DNA from: an uncultured Acidobacteriota bacterium
Lineage (GTDB): Bacteria; Acidobacteriota; Thermoanaerobaculia; Multivoradales; DATKCC01
NCBI GenBank assembly: GCA_963843755.1
Contig: CAWJLS010000012.1
Span: 101,631-165,630 of the forward strand
Reading direction: 5' to 3'
DNA length: 64,000 nucleotides
Within the stretch, counting starts at the first letter, position 1. Each line of letters opens with the position of its first letter. Both the position numbers and the translations under genes were made by a program. Of the stretch, positions 38,492 through 48,340 are shown piece by piece. The notes under the pieces are model-generated. The model saw only the letters and a program-made list of their open reading frames with translations. It did not search any database and was not told where the DNA came from.

Positions 38492-40054
38492 TCAGGGCGT
38501 GATGTCCTCGTTCGGATGGGCCGGCGTCCGGAGGCTCTTCAGGAAGTCGATCACATCCTCCTTGTCGGAGTCGCTGAGCGCCTCGAAGGCCCGCTCCGGG
38601 AACTTGGCCTCACCGCCGTGGAGCAGGATCGCCTGATAGATGCTGGTCGCCCGGCCGTCGTGGAGGTAGGGGCCGGTGTCCGCGATCCCCCACAACCTCG
38701 CGGTGATGAACTTCTGGTTGTCGACCTGGGCCCGGCTGGTCTCGAAATCCTCATACAGGGCCACCGACAGCTTGTGCCGCTTGAGGTCCGAGTACATCGG
38801 CACGAGCACGCCCGGCCCGTTCGGATCCTGGGCGTAGCCGAAGTTCCGCAGGTCGATGCTCAGGTAGTTGTGCGCGTCCGGATCGTCGGGAACCTCCGGG
38901 TACGACAGGGCGAGATAGGGCGAGTCGGTCACCATGGTCGGCGTGTGGCAGTCGGCGCAGCCGATCGAGGTGAAGAGCGCCTGGCCGTTGGCATTGGACG
39001 AGCTCGCGACCACCGGCGGCGGGTTGGTGACGCTGAACAGGTCGAGCACGGTCATCTCGGCCACCGTCAGCTCGTTGGAGACGCCGTCGTTGTCGGGATC
39101 GGCAGGCCCGGTGGGGTCGATGTCCTCCACCGGCTGGAGGCCGAAGTGGAACTCCATGGCACCGGTGTCGAAGTCGCGCATGGAGAACCGGTCCCCTTTG
39201 CGGCCGAACGGACGGACGACGACCTGCTCCTCGTCGGTCAGAGTGCTGTCGTCGAGCCCGATTCCCTGGAGATTGAGCTGCACCGTGCCGTCGGTCTGCT
39301 TGGTGGCGGTGCCGAAATGGACCCCCTTGGTGTCCAGGTCGACGGTCACCCCGTTCGGGCCGGCCTTGAGATTGGCGAGGATCGTCTCGAGGTCGCGGGT
39401 CATCTCCTTGGCCACCAGCTCGACGCCACCGCCGCCGAACAGGAACGGCGGGTTCGAGAACCGGCCGTTGAAGTCCGCGGTCCCGTCCTGCCGCAGCGGC
39501 AGGTTGGGGTCGTGTCCGGAGACGAAGCTGACCCGGTCGTCGGAGGAGTCGGCCACGTCGATCAGGCTCGGCATGATGATCGCGTTGGCCACCACGCCGC
39601 CGACGCCGCCGATGCCGAGATGGGGCGGCCGCTCGGCGTGGCTGACGATGTTGTGGCACTCGTTGCAGCTCTGGGAGTCGAGGCCGTTGACACGCAGGAA
39701 CAGGCCGTTGCCCTGCAAGGTCGGCCGGCTCCCCAGGGCGAGCGGCGGACCTTCGCTGGAGATGAACGGTCCGTCGCCCAGGCCGTCCTTCTCGTTGAAC
39801 GGCGTGGTGAACACGAGCAGGCCGAGGCTGCGGTAGAAGTCGAGCTCGGTTCTGAAAGCCGTCGGGCCCTGGGCCTGGGCCGCCAACAGGTCCTGGACCA
39901 CCTGGCTCTGGGTCAGGCCATCGGTGACCGTCAGCGCCGGGCCGTCGTCGCCGGGGTCGACACTCACCTGCGCTGTGGCCGGCGCGCCGCCGAGAGTCAC
40001 ACCACCGAGGGCGAAGAGGATCACGAGAGCGAGGTTCCACCTACTGAGAGACAT
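38492..40054 (-). CDS. Di-haem cytochrome c protein of the DUF1111 family (putative peroxidase / thiol oxidoreductase), secreted
   Basis: Two CXXCH haem-binding motifs (CNECH, CADCH) are present. LWGIADTGPYLHDGRATSIYQAILLHGGEA is a DUF1111 C-terminal signature. A signal peptide begins at MSLSRWNL. GGAAGGAGGAG lies upstream of the ATG at 40054. Confidence 0.8.
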   Translation of the reverse strand: MSLSRWNLALVILFALGGVTLGGAPATAQVSVDPGDDGPALTVTDGLTQSQVVQDLLAAQAQGPTAFRTELDFYRSLGLLVFTTPFNEKDGLGDGPFISSEGPPLALGSRPTLQGNGLFLRVNGLDSQSCNECHNIVSHAERPPHLGIGGVGGVVANAIIMPSLIDVADSSDDRVSFVSGHDPNLPLRQDGTADFNGRFSNPPFLFGGGGVELVAKEMTRDLETILANLKAGPNGVTVDLDTKGVHFGTATKQTDGTVQLNLQGIGLDDSTLTDEEQVVVRPFGRKGDRFSMRDFDTGAMEFHFGLQPVEDIDPTGPADPDNDGVSNELTVAEMTVLDLFSVTNPPPVVASSSNANGQALFTSIGCADCHTPTMVTDSPYLALSYPEVPDDPDAHNYLSIDLRNFGYAQDPNGPGVLVPMYSDLKRHKLSVALYEDFETSRAQVDNQKFITARLWGIADTGPYLHDGRATSIYQAILLHGGEAKFPERAFEALSDSDKEDVIDFLKSLRTPAHPNEDITP

Positions 40055-40382
40055 GAGTCTCCTCCTTCCACCGGTTGAATTCGCCGTCCCGAGGGGCTGA
40101 CGAACGATCGATTGGCCGACCGGTCCGGATGGAGCCTCGTTCATGCAAGCTCACCGGCGACCGGCCGCATGCACAGAGCTGGAGGCGCCGTCGAGCTTGC
40201 GTCCCCCTACCAAGCAACGTGCTCGAATCTTCGCAATTGAGACAAGTCAGTCCGATTTGACAGGAGAAGATCCGACCGGCCGCGAGGACGCCTCTTCAGC
40301 TCCAGAAGGAGCTTCGGCTGCAGGAGGCGCGGTACTGTGTCACCCTTGCCCCAGAACCACCTCCCTCGAACGGAGGCAGAGG

Positions 40383-41234
40383 ATGCTCGTCTCGACCCAC
40401 GATGCCCAGCTCCACTACGTCGTCCGGGGCGCCGGCCCGGCCTGCCTCGTCCTGTCGCTGGTCGGCACGGCGCCCTACGAGCGCCAGCTCCCGCCGGAGC
40501 TCGACGCGCACCTGCGCCTCGCCTTCGTCGACCCACGGGGCGGCGGCCGCTCGACCGGTCTGGCGAGCGACCTCACCTTCGAGCGCCTGGCCGCCGACCT
40601 CGACGCCGTGCGTGAGGCGCTCGGCGCGGACCGCGTGCTGCTCTTCGGACATTCGATCGGCGGCATGCTGGCGCTCGAAGCGGCACGGCACCTGGGGAAG
40701 CGCGCGGCGGGGGTGATCGCCGTCGGCCTGCCGCCCCACGGCGACGTCGCGGCGCTCGGCGCAGAGGGCGAGCTCCGCTTCGCCGCCGAGGCGACCGAAG
40801 AGCGCCGAACGATCTTGCGCGACAACCTCGCGCGGCTGCCGGAGGGCGCCCCGCCAGGCGCCGTGATGTACGCCCAGACGCCGCTCCGGTTCTTCGATCC
40901 GCGCTTCGATGCCGCGCCGCTGTTCGCCGGCGCCGAGGTCCGGCCCGAGCTCTTCGGCCGCGTCCTCGGCGAGCTCGCGCCGCCCTGGCGGGCCGACGGG
41001 GCGCTCGACGACCTCGGCGTGGCCGGCGTCCCGGTGCTCCTCCTCCACGGCCGCCACGACTACGTGGTGCCGGTCGGCTTCGCCGAGGAGCTCGCCGCCG
41101 CGCGACCCGCCACGACCCTGCGGATCTTCGAGCGGAGCGGCCACCAACCGTTCGTCGAGGAGCCCGCGGAGCTCGTCGCGGCGGTCGGAGAGTGGCTCGA
41201 CCGCCAGGGGCTGCGCGCCGGCGAGACCCGGTAG
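40383..41234 (+). CDS. Alpha/beta-fold hydrolase
   Basis: LFGHSIGGMLALE is the GXSXG nucleophile elbow. A downstream His/Asp context is present. GGAGGCAGAGG lies upstream of the ATG at 40383. Confidence 0.75.
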   Translation: MLVSTHDAQLHYVVRGAGPACLVLSLVGTAPYERQLPPELDAHLRLAFVDPRGGGRSTGLASDLTFERLAADLDAVREALGADRVLLFGHSIGGMLALEAARHLGKRAAGVIAVGLPPHGDVAALGAEGELRFAAEATEERRTILRDNLARLPEGAPPGAVMYAQTPLRFFDPRFDAAPLFAGAEVRPELFGRVLGELAPPWRADGALDDLGVAGVPVLLLHGRHDYVVPVGFAEELAAARPATTLRIFERSGHQPFVEEPAELVAAVGEWLDRQGLRAGETR

Positions 41235-41287
41235 CTCTCCGCCGCCGAACGAAGAGCGGGCCGCGGCTCACCACCGACAGGCCCGCA

Positions 41288-43387
41288 TCACGACCTGCGC
41301 CGCGCTTCGCCTCCGTCCAGCACCTCGCGGACCTTCCGGCTCAAGTCGTGGATCGAGTAGGGCTTGGGCAGGAACTGCGCCCTGTCTTCGAGCACGCCGT
41401 CGCGCAGGGCCGTGTCGTCGGTGTACCCCGAGGTGAAGAGAATCTGGATCTCCGGACGGAGCGTGCGGACCTCCACCGCCAGCTCGGGCCCGCTCATTCC
41501 CGGAAGGACGACATCGGTCAGCAGGAGATCGACCGGCTCGGCGGTCGTCTTCAAGAGGCGGAGCGCGTCTTCCCCGGTGTTCGCCTCGAGCACCGAGTAT
41601 CCCGCCGATCCGAGAATTCGCGCGGCCAGGTGGGCCACCGCCAGCTCGTCCTCGACGATCAAGACGGTCTCCGTTCCCTGGAGTGGCTCGTTGCGCTGGG
41701 TGCTCGGGTCCGGTCGCTTGGGCTCCTCGTCGCTCGGCAAGAGGATCGTGAACGTCGCTCCCGCTCCTGGCTCGCTCTCTACCGAAACGCTGCCGCCGCT
41801 CTGCCGCACGAGGCCGTCGACCATCGCCAGCCCCATGCCGGTACCACTGCCGGGCGCCTTGGTCGAGAAGAAGGGCTCGAAGATCTTCTCGAGCATCGGC
41901 CGGGCGATTCCGACCCCTGTGTCGCTGACGGCCAGCATCACGTAGCGCCCGGGTCGCAGGGTCGGATCGCCTTTCGTGTCGGACTCGCCGAGGCGCACGC
42001 TCCGGGTCTCGATGGTCACCGTTCCGCCGTCCGGCGTCGCGTCCCGAGCGTTCAGGACCAGGTTCAGCAGGGCCTGTTCGATCTGGCGGCGGTCGGCGCG
42101 AACGGTTCCGACGCCGCTCGCCAGGGTGACCACCAGCTCGAGCTGCTCTCCGAGCAGGCTGCGGAGCATCTCCCGGTCGCGCTCGACCAGGGCGTTCAAG
42201 TCGATGGCCTCGCGCCGCAGGATCTGCTGCCGCCCGACCGCCAGCAGTTGCCGGGTCAAGAGGGCGGCCCGTTCCCCGGCCTCCCGGATGTCCTCGAGAT
42301 CCCGGCGCAACGGCTGGCCAGCCGGCAACCGGCCCAGGACGAGATCTGCCGTGCCGTTGATGACCGTGAGCAGATTGTTGAAGTCGTGCGCGACGCCGCC
42401 CGCCAGACGGCCGACCATCTCCATCTTCTCGGCCTGGACGATCCGTTCCTGGAGCTTCCTCTCCTCGGTGAGGTCACGCTCGACGACGACGAAGTGCGCG
42501 ATCCCTTCGTCGGCGTCCCGCACCGGAGTGATCGTCTGGTCCTCGACGCAGGAGCTTCCGTCGCGGCGCCGTATCGTCACCTCGCCGCGCCAGACCGGGG
42601 CGGTGACCAGCGTCTCCAGCACCTCCCGGTAGAACCCGGTAGGATGCACGTCCGGGTCGGCCAGCTCCTGCAGCGTCATGCCGATCGCCTCGTCGCCGCC
42701 GTAGCCGCTCAAGTCGGAGAACGCGGGGTTGCTCCACTCGATCGCTCCCGCGGGGTCGGTGATGACCATGGCGCTAGCTGTCGAGCTCAGCGCGGCGGAC
42801 TGAACCACGAGCTGTTGCTCGGCGCGTTTGCGGGCGCCGACGTCACTGATCGCTGCGCGCCAGACGCGCTGTCCGTCTCGCTCGGTCCCCAGCGCGGAGT
42901 CGACGCTCACCCAGACCGGCTCACCGTCGGCACGGGCAAGCCGGAGCTCGCATTCACACCTCCTCCCCGTTTCGAGCAGGACGCGGCGATGATGGTAGAA
43001 GGTGTCCTGATCCGCCGGCAGAATGAACTGGGTGACCGGCTTGCCGTTCAGCTCGCCGCGTTCGATCCCGAGCAGGTCCGAGACCGTCAGGTTCGACTCC
43101 AGGACGACGCCCTGGCGGTCGAGGCGGAGATATCCGACGGGAGCGACGTCGTAGAGGTCGAAGTATCGTGCCCGCGAGACCTCGAGCTCTTCGTGGGCAC
43201 GCCGCAGCTCTTCATTCTGCATCTCGAGCTCGATCTCGTGGACCCGCAGCTCGTGGAGCAGCCGGCGGCTCTCGTCGGCCGACAGCTCGTCGAGGCTCAG
43301 CGGACGCGACGACGACGCCTCTTCCTGGGCCTGCCGCTCGGCGCGACGGCGAAGGTCCGGGTCGCTGGGCTGGTCGCGGTCGTTCAT
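41288..43387 (-). CDS. Hybrid sensor histidine kinase (N-terminal PAS domains, HisKA, HATPase_c, C-terminal receiver)
   Basis: LHELRVHEIELEMQNEELRRAHEEL is the PAS leader. HDFNNLLTVINGTADL is the H-box, and GTGMGLAMVDGLV is the G2 box. The C-terminal REC reads LIVEDELAVAHLAARILGSAGYSVLEANTGEDALRLL...LLLTDVVLPGMSG. Confidence 0.85.
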   Translation of the reverse strand: MNDRDQPSDPDLRRRAERQAQEEASSSRPLSLDELSADESRRLLHELRVHEIELEMQNEELRRAHEELEVSRARYFDLYDVAPVGYLRLDRQGVVLESNLTVSDLLGIERGELNGKPVTQFILPADQDTFYHHRRVLLETGRRCECELRLARADGEPVWVSVDSALGTERDGQRVWRAAISDVGARKRAEQQLVVQSAALSSTASAMVITDPAGAIEWSNPAFSDLSGYGGDEAIGMTLQELADPDVHPTGFYREVLETLVTAPVWRGEVTIRRRDGSSCVEDQTITPVRDADEGIAHFVVVERDLTEERKLQERIVQAEKMEMVGRLAGGVAHDFNNLLTVINGTADLVLGRLPAGQPLRRDLEDIREAGERAALLTRQLLAVGRQQILRREAIDLNALVERDREMLRSLLGEQLELVVTLASGVGTVRADRRQIEQALLNLVLNARDATPDGGTVTIETRSVRLGESDTKGDPTLRPGRYVMLAVSDTGVGIARPMLEKIFEPFFSTKAPGSGTGMGLAMVDGLVRQSGGSVSVESEPGAGATFTILLPSDEEPKRPDPSTQRNEPLQGTETVLIVEDELAVAHLAARILGSAGYSVLEANTGEDALRLLKTTAEPVDLLLTDVVLPGMSGPELAVEVRTLRPEIQILFTSGYTDDTALRDGVLEDRAQFLPKPYSIHDLSRKVREVLDGGEARRRS

Positions 43388-46347
43388 GGGTCCGGTGTCG
43401 GGGCGAGCCGCTCGGTGGTGGCGACGCCGTAGAGGGCGCCCGATCCGTCGACCAGAGCGCTGGCGGTGACCAGGACCTCCAGCACGTCGCCGCTCTTGGA
43501 CACTCGCCGGGCGTGGTAGGGCGCCACGGCCACGGGGTTTCCCGTGGCATCGAAGGGCGGGATCTCCAGCTCGCGCGCATCCTCCGGCAGCAGCCGCGAG
43601 AAGCTCATCGCGAGCGCCTCCGTCTCGCTCCAGCCGTAGAGCCGCGTCGCGCCGGAGTTCCAGGCGAGGATCCGTCCGTCGAGACCGTGGACGACGAGGG
43701 CGTCATAGGCATCGCGCACCACCACGGCCAGCCGGCGTAGGGATTCGCCTTCCTCGGCCGCCTCGAGCGCCTGCTTCAGGTCGGTGATGTCGAAGAACGT
43801 CAGCACCGCGCCTTCGATGACGTTGTTGAGCGTCCGGTACGGACGGATCCGTAGCAGGTACCAAGCTCCGTCCTTGGTCTGCACCTCGAGCTCCGACGGC
43901 GAGAGCGTCTCCAGGACTCGCTTGACGTCCTCCACCAGACGGTCGTACCCGGCCAGGTTGGAGACGATGTGGTCCACCGGCCGCCCGATGTCGCCCGGAA
44001 TCAGGTTGAGAACTTGGGTGATGGCGGGCGTGAAGCGCAGAATGTTGAGCTCGTGGTCGAGGAAGATGGTGCCGATGCCGGTGCCGGCCAGCAGGTTGAC
44101 CATGTCGTTGTTGGCCTGGGAGAGGTCTCGTACCCGCTGCTCGAGCTCGGTGTTGACCGTCGCCAGCTCTTCGTTGACCGATTGCAGCTCCTCCTTCGAG
44201 GTTTCGAGCTCTTCGTTGGTCGACTGCAGCTCCTCGTTCAGGGACTGGAGCTCCTCGTTGGCGGCGTTGAGCTCTTCGTTGGAGGTCTCCATGGCCTCCA
44301 GCGCCGCCTGGAGGTACTCCTCCTTGGCGCGTAGCGCTCCGCGCAGCTCCTCGACGCGGGCGTCGGCGCCCTCGGCCTCGGCGCCGGTCTCGCCGATCTC
44401 CGTCGTGGGCGCCGGCGGGGCCTCGGACAGCTCCTCGAAGGTGACCAGGAAGAGGGGCGCCTCCGACGCCTCCTCAACCGGAGAGACGACGAGATCGACC
44501 GTCGCGAGGTCGCCGTTGGTCCGGATCCGGAGGCGCGACAGCCGAACCGGCTCGCGACTCACGCTGGCCTTGCGCAGCGCGATCGTCAGGTGAGGTTGGA
44601 ACCCCTCCTTGGCCATCCCGAGCACGTTCATCTCGGCTTCGCCCGGCGTCGGCTCGAGAAACCGGCCGGTGCGGCCGTGGAGAAAGTAGATGGTGCCCCG
44701 TGCGTCGACCAGGGCGCCCGGCGGCGCGTACTCTCGGAGCAGGGCCCGCTCGGTCAGCTCCCGCGATCTGGGCTGCCCGAACCTCCTCTCCTTCCGCGCG
44801 TCGAGCGTCAGCGACCGAGGCACGCCCCCCTGCCACAGGAACCCTCCGAACCCTCGGCGAGGGCCACCGCCGGTCGCGGCCAGGCTGCGATAGATCTTCA
44901 TCTTCGCGTCCAGCGGCGCGAAGAGGTCGCTCGCCTGACCGATCGTCTCGGAGGTTCCCAGGACCAGGAACCCGCCCGGGTTCAGGGCGTAGTGGAACAG
45001 CGAGAGGACCCGCTTCTGCAGGTCGCTCTCGAGATAGATCAGCAGATTGCGGCAACTGATCAAGTCCAACCGCGAGAAGGGCGGGTCGCGGATCAGGTCC
45101 TGCTCGGAGAAGATCAGCAGGTCGCGGATCTCCTTGGCGATCCTGAAGGTCGCGCTCTCCGGCTGGCGTTCGAAGAACCGCGCCAACCTGTCGCTCGACA
45201 GGTCGCTCGAGATGCTGGAGGGGAAGAGACCGGCGCGCGCGTGCTCGAGGGCCACGGGGTCGATGTCGGTGGCGAAGATCGTCGGCTTGGCCACCATCTG
45301 GCAAGCCTCCATGCGCTCCCGCAGCAAGATGGCGATCGAAAAAGCCTCCTCTCCGGTCGAGCAACCGGGCACCCAGATCCTGACCGGCTCGGCCGCGCCC
45401 TCTGTGCGGAGGAGCCGCGGAATCACCTCGCTCTCGAGCGCCTCGAACATCCCGCCATCGCGGAAGAAGTGCGTCACGCCGATCAGCAGGTCGCGGAAGA
45501 GCGCATCGACCTCGGCCGGGGACTGCCGCAGCCGCTGGACGTAGGAGGCGATGGTCTCGATCTGTTCCACCGCCATGCGGCGCTCGATCCGGCGCAGGAT
45601 GGTCTTGCGCTTGTACTGAGAGAAGTCGTGCCCGGTCTGCCGGCGGAGGAGCACGAAGATCTTCTCCAGGACGCCTGCCTCGGCCCGCGAGACGACGGTC
45701 GCGTCCGTCCGCGGGGCTCGCCCGAACGCGCGGGACAGGTATGCGAGGAGCTGAGCCGGGATCTCGGCCGGTGCCAGAACGTAGTCGACCACGCCGGTGG
45801 CGACGGCGTTGCGCGGCATACCCTCGAACTCGGCGGTCTCCGGAGACTGGGCGATCGTCAGGCCGCCCTCGCCCTTGATCGCCCGTAGCCCCAAGGCTCC
45901 GTCGCTCCCGGTTCCGGAGAGCACGATGCCGATCGCTTGCTCGTGGCGATCCTCGGCCAGGGAGCGGAAGAACAGGTCGATCGGCAGCCGGTTGCCGCGC
46001 GGCGTGGTCGGCTCCCGCAGGTGGAAGCTGCCTTCGCTGAACGTCATCTCCCGATTGGGCGGGATGACGTACACGCAGTTGGGCTCGGCCGCCATCCCGT
46101 CCGCGACCTCGAAAGCCCGCATGCGCGTGCAGCGCCCGACGAGCTCGGTGAGCAGGCTCTTGTGGTCGGGAGCGAGGTGCTGCACCAGCACCACCGCGAG
46201 GCCCGGCCGAGAGTCCGGCGGCATGGCCGCGACCAACGCCTCGAAGGCCGCCAGCCCACCGGCTGATGCGCCGACGCCGACGACGGGGAATCGCTGGTCC
46301 TTCGCTCGGTCGCGGCGACTGGCCGAGGTCCGCTTCGGTTTCGCCAT
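43384..46347 (-). CDS. CheB methylesterase :: CheR methyltransferase :: coiled-coil :: PAS-PAS multidomain protein
   Basis: VVGVGASAGGLAAFEALVAAMP...LVQHLAPDHKS is the CheB_methylest domain. FFRDGGMFEALESEVIPRLL...IWVPGCSTGEEAFSIAILL is the CheR domain. The coiled coil contains the heptad-like repeat LQSLNEELQSTNEELETSKEELQSVNEELATVNTELEQR. Two PAS domains follow. The stop overlaps the hybrid HK start by 4 nt. Confidence 0.8.
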   Translation of the reverse strand: MAKPKRTSASRRDRAKDQRFPVVGVGASAGGLAAFEALVAAMPPDSRPGLAVVLVQHLAPDHKSLLTELVGRCTRMRAFEVADGMAAEPNCVYVIPPNREMTFSEGSFHLREPTTPRGNRLPIDLFFRSLAEDRHEQAIGIVLSGTGSDGALGLRAIKGEGGLTIAQSPETAEFEGMPRNAVATGVVDYVLAPAEIPAQLLAYLSRAFGRAPRTDATVVSRAEAGVLEKIFVLLRRQTGHDFSQYKRKTILRRIERRMAVEQIETIASYVQRLRQSPAEVDALFRDLLIGVTHFFRDGGMFEALESEVIPRLLRTEGAAEPVRIWVPGCSTGEEAFSIAILLRERMEACQMVAKPTIFATDIDPVALEHARAGLFPSSISSDLSSDRLARFFERQPESATFRIAKEIRDLLIFSEQDLIRDPPFSRLDLISCRNLLIYLESDLQKRVLSLFHYALNPGGFLVLGTSETIGQASDLFAPLDAKMKIYRSLAATGGGPRRGFGGFLWQGGVPRSLTLDARKERRFGQPRSRELTERALLREYAPPGALVDARGTIYFLHGRTGRFLEPTPGEAEMNVLGMAKEGFQPHLTIALRKASVSREPVRLSRLRIRTNGDLATVDLVVSPVEEASEAPLFLVTFEELSEAPPAPTTEIGETGAEAEGADARVEELRGALRAKEEYLQAALEAMETSNEELNAANEELQSLNEELQSTNEELETSKEELQSVNEELATVNTELEQRVRDLSQANNDMVNLLAGTGIGTIFLDHELNILRFTPAITQVLNLIPGDIGRPVDHIVSNLAGYDRLVEDVKRVLETLSPSELEVQTKDGAWYLLRIRPYRTLNNVIEGAVLTFFDITDLKQALEAAEEGESLRRLAVVVRDAYDALVVHGLDGRILAWNSGATRLYGWSETEALAMSFSRLLPEDARELEIPPFDATGNPVAVAPYHARRVSKSGDVLEVLVTASALVDGSGALYGVATTERLAPTPDP

Positions 46348-46519
46348 GCTTGGCCTTGCTGATCTCTCGAGAGAACAACCCAATACTGTCATGATACACG
46401 ACCGGCGGGACGGCCGGCCGTCTCCGCCGGAGCGCCCGCCACGGACCGTCACGGGCTGCCCGCAGAGCCGTCGAGAACGACGCCCGGCCGAGGTTGACGC
46501 GGACGGAGCACGGTGCTAC

Positions 46520-46539
46520 CTTGGCGACTCGGAATGAAC
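46520..46539. promoter_or_regulatory. 20-bp perfect palindrome CGGAATGAACGTTCATTCCG, putative TetR operator upstream of the tetR-family gene
   Basis: The perfect palindrome lies 27 nt upstream of the tetR ATG. An identical copy is at 47180-47199. Confidence 0.5.
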
Positions 46540-46565
46540 GTTCATTCCGCACCTCGGACGCCCCC

Positions 46566-47141
46566 ATGACCGACGAGCTGACCGACAAGCAGCACGCCAT
46601 CCTGGACGCCACCCTCGCGCTGGTCGGCGAGCGCGGCTTCCACGGCACGCCGATGTCGGCGATCGCCGAGCAGGCGGGGGTCGGAGCCGGCACGATCTAC
46701 CGCTACTACGAGAGCAAGGAGGCTCTGATCAACGCCCTGTACCGTCGCGAGAAGGGGCGCGTGAACGCGGCCATCCTGGAGGGCTACGTCCCGGCCATGC
46801 CGGTGCGCGAGGCGCTCGCCCTGATCTGGAACAACGCGCTGGCGACCCGCGCCTGCCAGGACAGCCAGTTCCGCTTCCTCGATCAGTACTACAACTCGCC
46901 GTTCCCGGGCGACGACGCCGGCACCGTCCGCCACGAGATGATGTCGCCGTACGTCGAGCTGATCGAGCGCGGCATCCGGAACGGCGTGCTCCGCGACCTG
47001 CCGCCGGCGGTGGTCCTCTCCATGCTGCTCGGCCCGCTCGGCCACCTGACCGTCGCCAACCGCCTGGGAGACATCGACCTCGACCCCGAGCTGTCGCGCA
47101 CGGCGTTCGAGGCGGTCTGGGAGAGCATCAGCGTCCGCTGA
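46566..47141 (+). CDS. TetR/AcrR-family transcriptional regulator
   Basis: ILDATLALVGERGFHGTPMSAIAEQAGVGAGTIYRYYESKEALI is the TetR_N HTH. Confidence 0.9.
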   Translation: MTDELTDKQHAILDATLALVGERGFHGTPMSAIAEQAGVGAGTIYRYYESKEALINALYRREKGRVNAAILEGYVPAMPVREALALIWNNALATRACQDSQFRFLDQYYNSPFPGDDAGTVRHEMMSPYVELIERGIRNGVLRDLPPAVVLSMLLGPLGHLTVANRLGDIDLDPELSRTAFEAVWESISVR

Positions 47142-47179
47142 ACCCGCAACCAGCAGGACTCTTTTTTTCGACCCACAAC

Positions 47180-47199
47180 CGGAATGAACGTTCATTCCG
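47180..47199. promoter_or_regulatory. Second identical copy of the 20-bp palindrome CGGAATGAACGTTCATTCCG, upstream of the aldo/keto reductase gene
   Basis: The copy matches 46520-46539 exactly. It lies 23 nt upstream of the AKR ATG, just upstream of the AAAGGAG RBS. Confidence 0.5.
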
Positions 47200-47221
47200 A
47201 TCAACTCCAAAGGAGACCCCC

Positions 47222-48253
47222 ATGCAGTATCTTCCCCTCGGCCGGACCGGCCTCTACGTATCGCGCCTCTGCCTCGGAACGATGACGTTCTCCGAAGTGG
47301 ATTCCCAGTTCGCACGACTGATCGGCGGCACCGGTCAGGACGTCGCCGACCGGATGGTCGGTGCCGCCCTCGACGCGGGCGTCAACTTCTTCGACACCGC
47401 CAACCTCTACAGCATGGGCACCGCGGAGACGATGCTCGGCAAGGCGCTGGGCACCCGCCGCAAGGACGCCATCGTCGCGACCAAGGTCTACTTCCCGTTC
47501 GGCACCGGCATCAACGACGCCGGCACCAGCCGCCTCGCCATCCTGCGCGAGGTCGAGGACAGCCTGACCCGCCTGGGGACCGACTGGATCGACCTCTACC
47601 AGGTGCACTCCTTCGACCGGACGACGCCGCTCGAAGAGACTCTGCGGGCGCTCGACGACTGCGTCCGCCAGGGCAAGGTGCGCTACATCGGCCTGTCGAA
47701 CTTCGCCGCCTGGCAGATCGCCCACGCCGACGGCCTGGCGCGCCGGATGGGAACCGAGCGCTTCGCCTCGGTCCAGGCCTACTACTCCTTGGCCGGCCGG
47801 GAGCTCGAGCGCGAGATCCTGCCGGCGGTGCGCGAGCTCGGCCTCGGAGTGATGGTCTGGAGCCCTCTGGCGGGCGGCTACCTGTCGGGCAAGTTCACCG
47901 GCACCGCGGCGGGAGAAGGACGGCGTGACACTTTCGACTTCCCGCCGGTGGACCGCCCCAAGGCCGATGCGATCGTCGGCGTCCTGCGCGAGATCGCCGG
48001 GCGCCACGACGCCTCGCCGGCCCGTGTCGCCCTGGCCTGGCTCCTCCACCAGGACGGGGTCACCAGCGTCATCCTCGGCGCCCGCAAGATCGAGCAGCTC
48101 GAGGACAACCTCCAGGCGGCCGACCTCGCGCTCGACACCGAGGAGCTGGCGGCGCTCGACGAGGCCAGCCGGCTCACCCCGGAGTACCCGGGCTGGTTCG
48201 TGCCGGCAGTGCGCGGCCAGGACATGTTCAGCCGCTGGCGGGAGATCGCCTGA
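47222..48253 (+). CDS. Aldo/keto reductase family oxidoreductase
   Basis: MQYLPLGRTGLYVSRLCLGTMTF...FFDTANLYSMGTAETMLGKAL...LYQVH...IGLSNF are AKR signatures. Confidence 0.9.
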   Translation: MQYLPLGRTGLYVSRLCLGTMTFSEVDSQFARLIGGTGQDVADRMVGAALDAGVNFFDTANLYSMGTAETMLGKALGTRRKDAIVATKVYFPFGTGINDAGTSRLAILREVEDSLTRLGTDWIDLYQVHSFDRTTPLEETLRALDDCVRQGKVRYIGLSNFAAWQIAHADGLARRMGTERFASVQAYYSLAGRELEREILPAVRELGLGVMVWSPLAGGYLSGKFTGTAAGEGRRDTFDFPPVDRPKADAIVGVLREIAGRHDASPARVALAWLLHQDGVTSVILGARKIEQLEDNLQAADLALDTEELAALDEASRLTPEYPGWFVPAVRGQDMFSRWREIA

Positions 48254-48340
48254 CCCTGCTCCGCGAGGAGCCGAACGACCGCCGGCCGGCCATCCGGTCG
48301 GCCGGCGGCGGGCTGGTCCGGATGCCCTCCCTCTCCCGGC

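Noticed and set aside
38516-40078. ORFs 38516..40078 (+), 38751..40040 (-), 38934..39836 (+) over the DUF1111 gene
   Set aside because: They are shadow frames. Only the 38492..40054 minus frame carries the CXXCH motifs and signal peptide.
40573-43432. ORFs 40573..41274 (-), 41192..43432 (+)
   Set aside because: They are antisense to the hydrolase and hybrid HK, with Arg-rich low-complexity products.
44474-46693. 739-aa minus ORF and 432-aa plus ORF (44590..45888) over the CheB-CheR gene
   Set aside because: They are alternative frames. The 43384..46347 frame carries the CheB and CheR motifs.
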